The notes below the pieces were generated by a model. It was not told where the DNA came from and did no database searches. It worked only from the letters and a program-made list of their open reading frames with translations. The position numbers and the translations under genes were made by a program. Shown one piece after another: positions 37,251 to 50,042 of a stretch of 64,000 nt of DNA. The stretch is from contig CM082588.2 in assembly GCA_040954595.2 (NCBI GenBank), positions 9,470,844 to 9,534,843 of the forward strand, written 5' to 3'. Source of the DNA: Balanoglossus misakiensis (lineage: Eukaryota; Animalia; Hemichordata). Within the stretch, counting starts at the first letter, position 1. The number at the start of each line of letters is the position of its first letter.

Positions 37251-40200
37251 AGCTAGAATAGCTAGAATAGTGATAATAGTACATTGCTGGCAGTAAGTCT
37301 GCTAAAATAGGCAAAGAATAGAAAAATAACCATGATCTCATTTCTGACGCTTCCAATGATAACTTATTGCTCTTGGAATTCGTGTAATTATTGCAGGGGG
37401 TTTTATCTTTAGGAGACGCTCGTCAATCAAATCCAGATATCTTATCAATGAAAACTCCTCGGAAGAGTATAAAGGTGAAAACCACTGACTATGTAAACAT
37501 TTTGCTATAACCATCAATGCCAAGAGCATATAATCAATTGCAGTACTTCTAACATAGTCATAGAATTTAAAATTCATTAAAAATGAAGGCCCCTTTATTC
37601 CATTGACTATTTTCCCTGTAGCAACTGATTTCATAGCATTATCCAATGATTCTTTAGCTGTTCTTGGGTCTTTTAGGGGATCATCTTTGTTGTATGGGAA
37701 AACATGTACATGGCCCCCTTTACTTGTAGGGTGGGTTTTTCCTGGCTGCAAACATCTAGGACAGCCAAACTTACCATTAAATTGCACACAGTTCATGGCC
37801 AAACTTTTAGCTGGGAGATCAGCTGTACCACATAAAAGAAATGCTTTAATATTTACAATCCCATGCCTATCGACTGCAACATCAAGACCAGAAGATTCAA
37901 GAGGTTTTAGACTCTTATGAAGTGGACCAGTGAAATGAGGCATAAAAGGCTTGTTTTTCGCCAAACCATAATCCAGCGAAAATAATGTTTTCTTTAAGTC
38001 GTCTAATCTTAGGGGGCAACTCATTTATGGAGAGATACATTGGCCAGATTGAGCATTTCGAGCTTTTGGAAATGGGCACACCATCCGTATTCCAGGTGAA
38101 GGAGATGTTGAAGGAGCATTTGTCAGAAAGGGGCCCATCGTTATCAGATAGACGCTTTTACAACTGACCATCATATATATATCCTCATACCTATAGTTTG
38201 TTTTTTTTTGAAGCGAGTAAATCGATGTTGAGTAAATTTCACAAAAGACTGCCTTGCAAACAGATTGTGGAGTTGACTTTCTATTGGGATTTCGAGAAAG
38301 TATGATTTTGCCTTATGATCTGTAAGATCAGCCAGGCAAACGCTATTTGAACATGTTACTTGGTCACATTTTACATGAGACAAACAGACTGAACAATAGT
38401 AATGCTTGACCAAAGGCGACTCCAGTTCAGAAAAAAACTTCTTAAAATAAAATAGGCTCTTAAGACCAGGATGTACTTCAAGACAATGCAAACTGATCAA
38501 GGTAAATAAGTCCTGTAACTGAGCACCACAGAATGTGTAACTGTATACATAAGAATAAGCAGCATGCTGACAGAAACTGTTAAAGCATGACCTCAGTAAA
38601 TTGGTTTGTTTCTGTTCCTTTGAGTTTCCGAGTTTGAATTGTCAGTTTCACAGTCATCATTGTCATCTTCACCTTTGTCATCATCACCTTCATCATCATC
38701 ATCATCATGACCACCAATATCATCAACACAGTATTCCTCTTCCATGATGCGAGAATGTGTCTTGTCTGTGTCATCAACGTCACCAGAAACATTACAGTTT
38801 ACCTCTTCCATGCCATTTCCTTCATATGGGAAGACACTATGCCGATCGTTAACATCATCAACACCATGTACACTTATTTCTGGTTCAGCATTATCAAAAA
38901 CTCCTGCTTCATCACCATGATCATCACATCCAATGTTAGTTCTGGAGGTTTCGTCGCAGTGACCAGGACTCAACACACAACCATGCCCATCACCTACTAG
39001 TTCTTGATAATCAGAACACTGATATGGACTGTGTTGTACACTGCTGTCATAATCAGTATGTTCTGCCATACAACCAATATGACTATGTTGATCACAGGTG
39101 GAAATAAGATGTTCATCTTCAATATCAAGGGTGTCATGGGATGTAGTAGTTACGCCCTGTATTGCACTTTCTGGAAGGCGAACTGTTCTATACACTTTCT
39201 TGTACTTAGTTGGTCGGACAGAACCCCTAGCATCAACACACGTTTTCTTCCTGGCAAACTAAAAAAAATAAACATATAAATGACAAAAAAAATTAACTTT
39301 AGTGGACATGACTGTGACCCCTAGGCGATACCATTGTTCTTTAGGGGGCGAGTGGGTATATTAGGGTGAGTTTATTTGTTGATTATAGTACCATTATATA
39401 GTCATAAATCTGAAATAATTTGAGTGCGTGATTTCACCTTTCTTTAATTTCAACTCTGTAATCATGAGTAAACAGATAATGCACTATCACAAATGATAAA
39501 TTGCATTTGATCCCAAATGAATGGACCATAAATTGATTGATGAATGAGTTTTGCTCAACAGTAGAATGGTAGTTTTTTTCTTGCTAGCTTCTGTATTTAT
39601 ATACAATCCGAAAGTAGGTGCGAATAGGATTGAAATCAGCCAATAAGGAATCAGACTATATTTGTTAAACGGTATATAAAACCCCCATAATTAAATAATT
39701 GTTGCAAGAAAACTGTAAATTGGTCGTTCTCCAATAAAAAAGAACATTGTTCGCTTATTGGATGCCAACTAGACAAATCGCTTAAAGTTAGATTAGCGCT
39801 CCGGTTAAAAAGTGATTGAAATGAGCGGAGGTCGCGAAAAATTTCTCCCATTCTACTCAACGTTAATGTAAACTTGTAAACGTTTTTTCCGACAAAGGTG
39901 ACCCTCAGAAAACTTTATTGAGCGAAAAAGCTAAGCTGGATCGCACAGAATGTTTTGTGACAAGGATTGTTGTTTCGCAGCAGAAAAAAAAACAACCACA
40001 ATTTTAGGCATTTCTAGTACGTAACACTTCCTCTTACATAACCTCGCCCCATCGCAACGTTGACTGTACATTCAGAACGAAACTGACCTTTCAAGAAGAT
40101 ATTGCTTGTCGTCTTTTTTCCCCTTAAACCCACTAGTTAAATCCCACGGGTCTGGGACTTGGAAATGGGTCCCGTAGTCTGCGTATCTCGGTTGTACAGT

Positions 40201-41498
40201 CGGCGAACGACTGTGACTAATAGACCGGGCCCTAATCTAACTTTTAGCAGTTTGTCTGGTCGGCACCCTGTATGCCTAGCGAACATTAGCTGCTACGTGA
40301 TCTGATCAAAACCATCGCCGCTGTTCCAAACAGGCAATCACTTCGCACATAGTCTCTGTCGGAACGGCTTTGTGATTGAGATTTCGTCCATAGATTCTTA
40401 TATTTAATTGGATAATTCATATGATTGAGTCAATTTACACTTTGATTGACGTCAAACTATCGCTACATAACGCCTCTTCTTTGCTCCCACTCTCGTATAG
40501 GAAGATGTGTACTGTGTCCGAGTCCATGACAAGTTACCGATTACTCAATATTTCTCCTGTCATTATCGTTTTAAAATATGTTTCACTAGGCTAAAGCTGG
40601 CCTTGTTGAAGATTTCGTGAGTCAAAAACAAATTATTGCTTCACCAAAGTGAAAGTAGGCACAAGTTTTAGAGCGCACTGCACTGTTGAGTCGATATTTA
40701 TGCAGGTAGTAAAACCGAAGCCCAGGAAGCGATGCGGCAGGCCTATAAATGGCCGTCCACGAATTCGAATAAATCTAACTAGAAGTTGGACAAGTCGAAA
40801 AATATTAAATTGTCCGTTGGCACTAGACTTGCTCCAAGTCTATGGGCTTCACTATGTGTAGGGAACGTGTAGGAAACCACAAGCTCAGTCACAAATTCGA
40901 AACTCACCTCATTACCAGAAATACGCTCAAGGCAAGCATGCACGCAAAAAGTATTGCATTTATTTACTAAGACAAAAAGAACACCATAAACACAAAAAGT
41001 AATGAGATTTAAAAATCGCCAAGCGACTAGTGGGCTAGTCTACGTTGGCACAGAAATTGTGGGACATACATCCGAGTGAAGAAAGCAAACAATTTCTGCC
41101 ATGTCTCCTTAAAATAGTTCATCAAACAATAACGGGCTTAGCTGCGAGGCAATGGCATGCACATTCAAATGTGCTCCAACTTTTTACAACAAGGTACAAA
41201 TGTAAGATACAGAATAGTTTCATTGCCTAAAATTGCCCGGATCGGATTTTAACAGCACTGCTGCCTCCCCCGGATAAACTAGGAAACGGGTCGGCATCAC
41301 CTGCACATCGATCTTTTCGATCGGGAGCTCGGTGTTTATTGTCGCTTCGAGTGATATCATCAAAGGTCGTGCCGTGTGCATAATTGTAGCCAAACCGCCA
41401 CTGTGCTAGTGCTCGATCGACCGTCGTTTCAGGCTCGTCGGAAGTTGGTATCACATCAAAATAATCGTCAACGAAAGTAAAATAAACTTTTAAAATAT

Positions 41499-42620
41499 AC
41501 CTGCAGACAATATTTACCGATCGCGCAATGCATCTGTGACTGGTCGCACATGGTATCTGCGACTGCCACAATCAAAATTAATGATATCTGCGACTGTCGA
41601 GTATGACGGTCGTTTATTTTTATTTTTTTCCATACTGTGTGGATGATTTTATATTTTAATCCCTGTACATAATTCATTTACTTTTATTTGGGACACAGCA
41701 TCGGAATCGTTTGGGTAAGGGGCTGGGTCGCGTGCGACGGTCGAGCGCGACCGTTGCCGGTGGTGGAGTCAGGCGATCAGCCCTCGTATGCGCAGAGCGC
41801 GATGTCGAGCCAAGCCCACAGAGCCCGGGTGCCCGACGATGCACGTGGTTGTATATTTTTCTGACAAAAGTAGTAGAACCGATTTTATATTATCTCCAAA
41901 AATGATCGCCGCGCCTGCTAATGTCGTTTTTTCATTGTAGCAATAAGTTGAAGACGTGAATAAATTATGATTAATTATACCACTTGATCAAGGCCGGGGA
42001 AAAAGTGCTGGTCAATTTGCGAGGTGGGGGTTTTACACAAGTCGTTTATTTTGTCTGCCATGGTGCCCCAGATATTACAAATATGGTTTTTATTATAAAT
42101 GAATTCAAGCCATAGACATGCTTCCAACAAACGTGAATCACGGCAGCCGATGATGTGTACACGCGTGTGAGACACGGCCGGTCAGGCGGAAGTGCACCCC
42201 ATCTGACCCTGTGACCCCAACATGGCCGCCGCTCTGTTGCGTTACCTTATAATCGTATTGAATGGTCGTCACTTAAGAAATTCTCTTGTCAAGACTTCCA
42301 AGTTCATTGGTAAATAACGGCTAGACACGGCAGCTGTAAACATGATGTAAAATTATGTCTGACGTGTACGTGACCACACAAAAGCAACCGCAACTAGCGC
42401 ACCTTATCCATTACGCGAGCTTTATTAATCGGCCGGGGCCGGTGCAGTCGACACCGCAGTTTTTATTTGAGATCGAGAGAGGAACGGAATTGTATAGTTA
42501 TATGTCTAATTAACCTTGAAAGTCGTACAGATATCATTTGAGGCAGTCGCAGATAATGACTTGCCAAAAAAGTGCGACTCGCCTTTTCCGTCGCAGATTG
42601 TCTTCTGATGCACCTGTGGG
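41499..42620. mobile_element. Probable degenerate TIR element (EnSpm-like subterminal repeats)
   Basis: TATCTGCGACTG motifs at about 41555-41597 are mirrored by CAGTCGCAGATA/AGATATCAT at about 42520-42600. The termini match poorly. Confidence 0.4.
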
Positions 42621-42831
42621 TCAGTGATCAAAGGTCTTGCCCGCAAACCCACTCACTTTACGCTCGCGCTTGTCGAGTAATTTTGACCACCAGCGATACA
42701 TCGTTAGCAAGTTGCCTAACATCTTAATATTAATAGATTGGTACTAGCTTCTGTTTTTCTGTTTTCGCAGATGTGATTAATGAACGCACAACAGAGACGC
42801 AGACATAGCATGCATAGGGCGTAACCCTGCT

Positions 42832-43630
42832 TACAGGTCTAGTGTGTTCCCGGCGTTACACGGCCTCCACCACAGCCCTGCAAGGCGCCATAGAAAAAAA
42901 ACTGGTACTTCTGCAGTCCGGATCCGGACCGCAGCTTTTTCGGTCGAAATTCGTTTTTATCGAAGCAAATCCTTTCCCTGTTTGTTTGTTTGTTTGTTTG
43001 TTTGTTTACCATTTTTATTGACAAAGCCTTTCCTCTAATTACTTGTCACATTGCTCTCAAATTTGAATGGCATGTTCCAAGGCCTAGTTGAATGAAGGTT
43101 CCTCTTATGTTTGTGTTTGTAGGAACAATTTCTGTCATTTTTGGTCAAAAGAACATTTCTCTAGAACCGCTTGTCTGATTGTCATGATACTTGATAGGCA
43201 AGCTCATTTTCTCTACATTTTTGTATTTATAATATCGGGAATTTTGTTTTCAGACGGTCCCCAATCACACTACATTCATTTACACATTCACTAAGCGCCC
43301 TCACTGAAAACCTTTAAATGGCCAGTTTCACTTCTATATGCGTGTCATTTACCTTCCAACACCGATACATAAACACTCAGGTATGTAAGCAGTCCGAAAT
43401 CAGCAGTCTGACTGCGCCGGCGCATTTCAATGTGCGCCGTCAATCTGCGCCCCCCTTCTGCGCCCTATGCTAGCTCTGCGTACAGGTCTAGTGTGTTCCC
43501 GGCGTTACACGGCCTCCACCACAGCCCTGCAAGGCGCCATAGAAAAAACTGGTGCTTCTGCGGTCCGGATCCGGACCGCAGCTTTTTAGGCCGAATTCGC
43601 TTTTATCGAAGCAAAATCCCTTTCCTGTCT
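42832..43630 (+). repeat. Two about 150-bp direct repeats about 650 bp apart, each with a 24-bp palindrome; probable head-to-tail HINE junctions
   Basis: TACAGGTCTAGTGTGTTCCCGGCG...CGAAGCAAA at about 42832-42980 and 43481-43628. Palindrome CTGCGGTCCGGATCCGGACCGCAG followed by a T-run; (GTTT)n after copy 1. Confidence 0.75.
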
Positions 43631-44619
43631 ACTTTTGCCTCCTAACCGACTCCAAATATGATGCGATTAACTTGTCCTAACGTCCGAACCGCTCGCTTTC
43701 TAAAACTTTTATGTTTACCCATGGAGATAAACTCGCTGTAAGCCTTATATTTAATATGGCGATCTCAACATGTAAACACACAAAAATAAATCAAACACTC
43801 GCTGAATTGACTTTTTGAATATCAAACTTTTGAACATGTTAATGTGTCTCATACTGAAACATGGGAATTCGTCTTGGTGAGGAAAATATTAACAAACATT
43901 AACAACCATTGTTTTTTTAATAAATATCCTCGAGAAACAAAACACATATCGAATGTGTCTCTTCTCCGGCATGAGAGGCAAGCGGTCTCGAGAAATAGTC
44001 CATTTTCCGTGGTTTAAATTCTCTTGGGTTGACATCGGTATTCTGTAATTCTCATGGCCAGTCAGTCATGTACTGACGGATATGGCGAACCAAATGTATT
44101 CCTTACTAATTTTCCTTGGCAGGTACTTCCAGGATACAAGAACCCTACACCTTCAAAATCCAGGGTATGTTTATTTCGGGGGGGGGGGGGCTCCATGAAT
44201 ATATACTCAGACCTGGAACGAGGTAGCCAAGCCGCTTGGACTGCATTGTCAGATATGGTGAATAGAAGGGTAAACACATAAGACTATATTCAATGTTGGA
44301 CAAATTTCGATTTGAGGTTTAAGAAAGGCATTGTATATTTGAAGTCGGGCTGATTGAGGCTTTATAGTGTTGACATATTTATCACTGCAATCATGGCAGC
44401 TAGCCGGTTGGATCAATGGTAATTTATCATATCTGTCAGTTTGCTTATTTGAAATGTGCATACCTTCTACTGATATGTCGAGTAGACAAAATCAATCGAT
44501 AGGACAGATAATCAAATGAAATGACGCGTACATGAAATGATTTGTGTTTGATTGCCTTCACTGTGTCACTCGATATCTTTCCAAGGTGTGTTGCAGTTTT
44601 GCCCTTTGCCTGAAGCTAT

Positions 44620-45400
44620 TGTCTTTAATCAATCGACAAATTTATATGGCGCCAAAATCCAGAAGTTTTGTTCAGTGGCGCCCGATGGTTGTTCACACAC
44701 TGTATTTTTTTTTCAAACAAATATGTTTTCAGTTTTCCCTTGAAAGAGTCTAGACTGGGTGCTAGTCGTATCTCATTAAACAGGGAGCTTTTGAGCAGCA
44801 TAAGAAAATGCACGTCCTCCATATTTGACTTGTTTGTAATGTGTTATTATCAGAAGGTTATTATCCTGAGACCTTACGCTGCGAGAAGGGGTATATCGAT
44901 TAACCATGTCAGAAATGTACTCCAGGGTAAGGCCATGAATGGCCTTATATGTAAGAAGCAAGATTTTGTAATTAATCCTGGCAGAAACTGGTATAGCCAC
45001 TGCAGAGAGATGAGAGCGGGAGTGATGTGTTCAAAAATCGTCGACCGGGTGATGATTCTGGCTGGTGTGTTTTAATTGTGAGCGCTGAAGTAGATTTATT
45101 GCGGATTGAGAAATACCAAACAGTAACGAATTGCAGTAAGTTTGGTTGAAAGAACTGCATGAATTAAAGTTCAACATTAAAGACAGGTAATGATGTATCG
45201 ATCAGATGTGTCGAAGATGATAAAAATGGATTTACAGGTATTCTTGATGTGCTGGTTATACATATGGACACTATCAAAAAAACTCCCAGATTACGTGCTG
45301 TTGCTGTAACTGACTTACCCATTGCCTCCCCATTTCCACGACTGAATATTTCATGTTGCAAGTTAAAAGTCAATTGAAGAAATAAAGACGTAAGTCAGCA
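44620..45400 (-). mobile_element. Old degraded L2-clade LINE 3' fragment
   Basis: PVSARINYKILLLTYKAIHGLTLEYISDMV..YTPSRSVRS..YGGRAFSYAA and IRLAPSLDSFKGKLKTYLF, typical of an L2 ORF2 C-terminus; frameshifted. Confidence 0.75.
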
Positions 45401-46199
45401 TTGGCGATTTTCTCTTGGATTATAACTGTTTCAAACTTGCTTGTTATCAATTTTGCGTGGACGTTACACATGTCTGTTGATTTTGTCATAGTTTGTCTGT
45501 TTAGTCTTAATGAATCTCTTTGTACTCTGTTACTTGCAGAAAGTAAAATATAAAATGGATGTTTGTGGGACATATACATGCAGTCTTTTATAGAATTGAA
45601 ATGACTTCAGGCCATTTCTTTAATTCGCCAGGATCAACTGATTGTTATTTTTATTTCAAATTGAGTAAAAGGGTCAGGGTGTCTATCTCGCTGCCCTTTT
45701 CCATTATGTTTGATACAAGACACTTTATATTATTCTACATGTGGATATATAGTAAATCAATGTTCAACCACAATTTCGTAACATAAATTCAACAAACAGG
45801 ATTCATGCCAAACTTAAACCAGGTGCAGGGCAATAACATAGTAACATGACATGTCAATGTATAAAGCTTATTCAGCGGAATTGTACCCATTAATCAAACA
45901 GTTGATATATTTCTGGCATGCTATAACATTCAAACTCTCTACTGGGTAATATAGTAATTCATCATAAAATTATAAATTTGGTATATATACCTACACACAA
46001 GTAACTGCTCCACACTTCACAAGTGGGTTTGTAGAAGTAAGATCATATTATTGTGGTACGTGTGCAGGTTGATGGTCTAAATCTTTGTAAAGAAATGTTG
46101 TCATGTAAAACTGACGATTTTCTTTTACATTACAGGCTTTCCTGGAGGAAAACATTTTGCCTCTGTAGAATCGTGAAGGACACACGGCGTGTTATCAAC

Positions 46200-48191
46200 A
46201 TGAAGAAACATCAGTGGTTTTTGGTATGTGGTTTACTTACTGCTGTGCTGTTGGAGCTGATTTCAGTGAATGGCTTCTTTATACGTCGTCGAAGAAGGAG
46301 TTGCAATCCATCTTGCAGTGTAGGTGGATGGGATCGTGGGGTTCATGTTCAGCGCCCTGTGGTACCAGCGGAACTCGTACTCGTTCGCGCACGGTAAGAA
46401 GTTATTGCGGTAAAACGTGCAACTATGATCGGACTGACAGTGAACCTTGCAACAGGCCAGGCTGTCAGAACCATGGCACAGCATGCGATTGTTATAACCA
46501 TGGCACAGCATCGACACATTCATGCGATTGTTATGCTGGATGGACAGGTACCTGTTGTCAATACGGTAAGCAGGTTTTATTACACTGTAAAACGCTGAAT
46601 GAATCTGATGTCCTGTGTACAGGTTGTGTAACGGAGAGCAAATGCCTGCAAACCGCGACTTGCATGCATGATTGGGTTGCCGCTCAAAATATAAATTTGG
46701 CATAACGATGAGGAAGCGTCCTCCACCATAGCATTACGTGGCATTTTCCCTATTGTTAAACACAATACCATTCAGTATTGTTATTGACGTCATCATCATC
46801 ATTTTCGTCATCATAACAGGCTGCAATGAAATTTAGTGTCTCGGTAAATAGTAGCTAGTGATAATTTATGACTCGACAGACAACACCAGTGTGCATATAT
46901 TTCATTTTGTTTATGCCAGATGACAATGAATGTAGTCGTAACAATGGTAATTGTGATCAGACGTGCACAAACACAGCTGGAAGTTACTTCTGTACGTGCG
47001 GCGCTGGTTACACCCTGGGTACGAATGGCAGAGATTGCAGTGGTAAGCACATCTTTGTCATGTTACATGTACATGTAGTTTACTAGCACAGAGGACATTT
47101 TTGGCGGCTGGCTTCATAATAAGTTTTATCCTGAGACCATCAATATTGTCGCTTCCAGTCTTATAATCATATCTTTCTACCAGTATATACAAGCATCTGG
47201 TTGTTTCTGACTAATGCATCTCATCTCAAATCACCAAACGACTTGTCTTTTTACCGACAAGGTATACGCGCCTCATTCCTTCAGAAAACTTCCTGTGCTT
47301 TTCTGAGCCACTTAATCCATGTGGATTTGCATTTCAGACAGAAGAGGTTAAAATCTTTGAATTCTTTTAGCATATCAAATTGAATGCAAACAGACAAACG
47401 AAGACGCGAATCCCAGATCATTTGTTTTTGTTGGAAATGTTAAGTTCATAGAAAAGCGAAATGACGCGGCTGCAAAGTTTGGACAGGCAGGCACGACAGT
47501 TTGGCGGAGAGACACGACAGACAGACATTTAAAAATGATGACGGATTTTTCGACAGCTAAATATATCATATCATTCCCACCATTCTAATCTTAATTTGAG
47601 ATGGACTTTTATTTGTGTATAGATATAAACGAGTGCACGATTGTCAATGGAGGCTGTAACCACGGTTGTACAAATACTAACGGCAGCTATTATTGTGAAT
47701 GCGATGCTGGATTTCAATTGGACACTGATCTTCACACCTGCATTGGTAATATGAATTGTGTGTGTGCGTGGGGAGTGAGGGGGAGAGCGATAGATTATGC
47801 ATGTCATGGCAAAGTAATAATCTTTTTCAGTCAGTCAGTGTTTCCCTGTTGATCTCTCTTGTGTGTGTCTGCCTGTATATGTACTCCGGAGTAGACTTTT
47901 TCGTGTCCTTGACGCAATTTTTAGAATATTTCACAATTAATGTTTTCACAAATAGTTTGGGTTGGGAGGTGACAGTAAATAGGTTTGAGATTCCAGGTAT
48001 AACTTCTAGACACCTATAGACGCCAGTTTCTAATGTTTTTTATCACAACTGTTTGTCTCACATTCCAGATATTGATGAATGCATTACAAATAAAGGTGGT
48101 TGTGATCATGCGTGTACTAACAACAATGGGAGTTATGTCTGTTAATGTAACATTGGATATAACTTAACAGCAGATGGTCATCAGTGTGTTG
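46200..48191 (+). pseudogene. Secreted TSP1 + EGF + calcium-binding EGF repeat protein; exons 46200-46565, 46920-47042, 47623-47745, 48069-48191
   Basis: Signal peptide MKKHQWFLVCGLLTAVLLELISVNG, RRRRR, TSP1 WGSCSAPCGTSGTRTRSRTV, EGF CDCYAGWTGTCC, and three 123-bp phase-1 GT-AG exons (DDNEC, DINEC, DIDEC). It has a 1-nt frameshift at about 46330 and an in-frame TAA at 48143. Confidence 0.88.
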
Positions 48192-48769
48192 GTGAGTAAA
48201 ATAAATGGAAAGAAATCTTTTCATGACGGACAATTGAGGTAGTACTATGTACTACCTTGATCCAAAAAGCCAGTATCAGTACACAAAGATTAATACTGAT
48301 CAGATTTGTGATCGGTTCCTACATGTTCGTCTGTGAGTAACACATTGTCGGGTAGTACCAGTAATAGTACGAATGTCATCCAAACAAACGTAAACTCCAT
48401 TTTCTACATTACACCTAGAGAAAAAAAACAAAGTGACATATTAATTTGGACAGACACATGAATAACAATGATCTCAAGTGAAAATTTGTCCAATAAAGCA
48501 ATTTACTGCAGAAACATTAGTAAGCTTAATAATGCCACTGTATTGGTAAAGTGTTTTCCACATAGGCAAGGCAATATGCATGAACTAGCCTAGCGCACGC
48601 CCTAACATAAAGGGATAAGTGAAATGTAAGATTTACTAGTGCGTGGATGTTCTGTACTGAGGTGTCGGCACAACCTGTTGATGGGCGAAGTAAAACTGCA
48701 GTGTTAACGAGGAATGGTTCTCGCAAATTTATTTTGAAGAAAAAATGACATGTACATTAATTATATTAA

Positions 48770-49110
48770 GTAGAAGGCTGCTTGAGTCATATATTTCATA
48801 CAAATTAAATACACTAATTTTGTTACTCAGCAAGACAAAAGGTACACTTTTATTGGTTGAATGCGTGTACAAACTTTATTTAAAAAAATAGCAAAAGGAC
48901 ATTGTTTACAAGGCTGCTGGAGCCGAACATTTCAAACAAATTAAATACACTGGTACGGATGTTGCGCAGCATGTAAAAGGTAGAAATTATTGGGTTTAAT
49001 GCTTGTACAAAATTTATTTGAAATTTATTAGAAGGCTTATAGAGCCATATAGTTCACACCAAGTAAACATTGAAACGGTGGATTCTCAGCATGACAAGGG
49101 TTAGAACAGT
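48770..49110 (+). repeat. Degenerate tandem repeat of about 125-135 bp, about 2.7 copies
   Basis: AAGGCT..GAG(T/C)CA...CAAATTAAATACAC recurs at about 48774, 48910 and 49033. Confidence 0.6.
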
Positions 49111-49585
49111 TTGGGGTTTCCTTACCAATTTCACTTCGTGACTGTTGTATTTACTTGTTTGTGGGTGATATATGGTATCTGGGAAAACAAGACATGTAGA
49201 CTCTACACTCGGACCAAACTGGAATTTACGCCTAATGATTACTTTCGACCAGATGTGTTATTCCTAAGGCCTAATTATAATAATAATAATAAATATATAC
49301 TGTATTTTCAGACATTTTAACAAATAAAAGTCCATATACTCAAAATTCTAATGAAAATATTCTGGAAAATCTGTAACTAAATTGTGAAATTACATGAGAT
49401 ACAATTGCTTTCGCCAAAGCTTGAAAAATATTCTCAGTCACTCTATCTGATGAACAGATCGCAGCAAGTAAAACATTTGAAGAAGTCCTCATGAAAGGGA
49501 CAAAGTCGCTGCATTTTACCTCTCTGTGATATCAAGAATATTAAAGAATAATTGACAAAGTCTCACAGGGTACTAAATAAGTAAT

Positions 49586-49657
49586 AGAGAACCCCCCCCC
49601 CCCTTCGGTGGTTCTTGGTTTCGAAACCAAGAACCACCGAGGGGGAGGTGGTTCTCT
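49586..49657. repeat. Hairpin with a perfect 36-bp palindromic core, upstream of the Crypton ORF
   Basis: TCGGTGGTTCTTGGTTTCGAAACCAAGAACCACCGA at 49605-49640, extended by C/G tracts and AGAGAACC/GGTTCTCT. Confidence 0.85.
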
Positions 49658-50042
49658 AACTTAAACCACGATCCCCCACAGACATTATCACCATTGGAGC
49701 TTTGTGTATCATTATAACGTCGTTTTACACAACGATTCAATAAAATGAACGAACAAAATTGTATCAAAGGAGGCTTATTCTTCATTGCTGACTGTAAAAT
49801 TTGGTTGGCCACCCCTCTTCCTAAATGAATCATGTCGTGGGCAGGTAGTTCTAGACCGCCCTGCTGGGCCTTACAAGATTGCCCACGCTTGACAGGTGTT
49901 ACTCTAAATATAATCGATGTTTACGTGTCGCAAGTGCTATTTGCATGAACACTTTACAGGTGCGTTACATAGCACACAACGCACATGGTGATGTGGTTGG
50001 AGTTCCATTTCAGTTTGGGTCTTGCTTGGTGCAGGTCACGTC

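Larger units (their letters stand above)
32432..39260 (-). pseudogene. CACTA/EnSpm transposase (Transposase_21-like), frameshifted and split by an RTE LINE
   Basis: HYYCSVC..C...C, YFLEIPIESQL, SFTWNTDGVP, DLPAKSLAMNCVQFNGKFGCPRC, IDYM, W(K)ASE, TLNMNSLLHLP, GPFWSYLCFPFEDMNG; acidic N-terminal region at 38593-39195. The coding sequence resumes at 33388 after the insertion. Confidence 0.88.
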
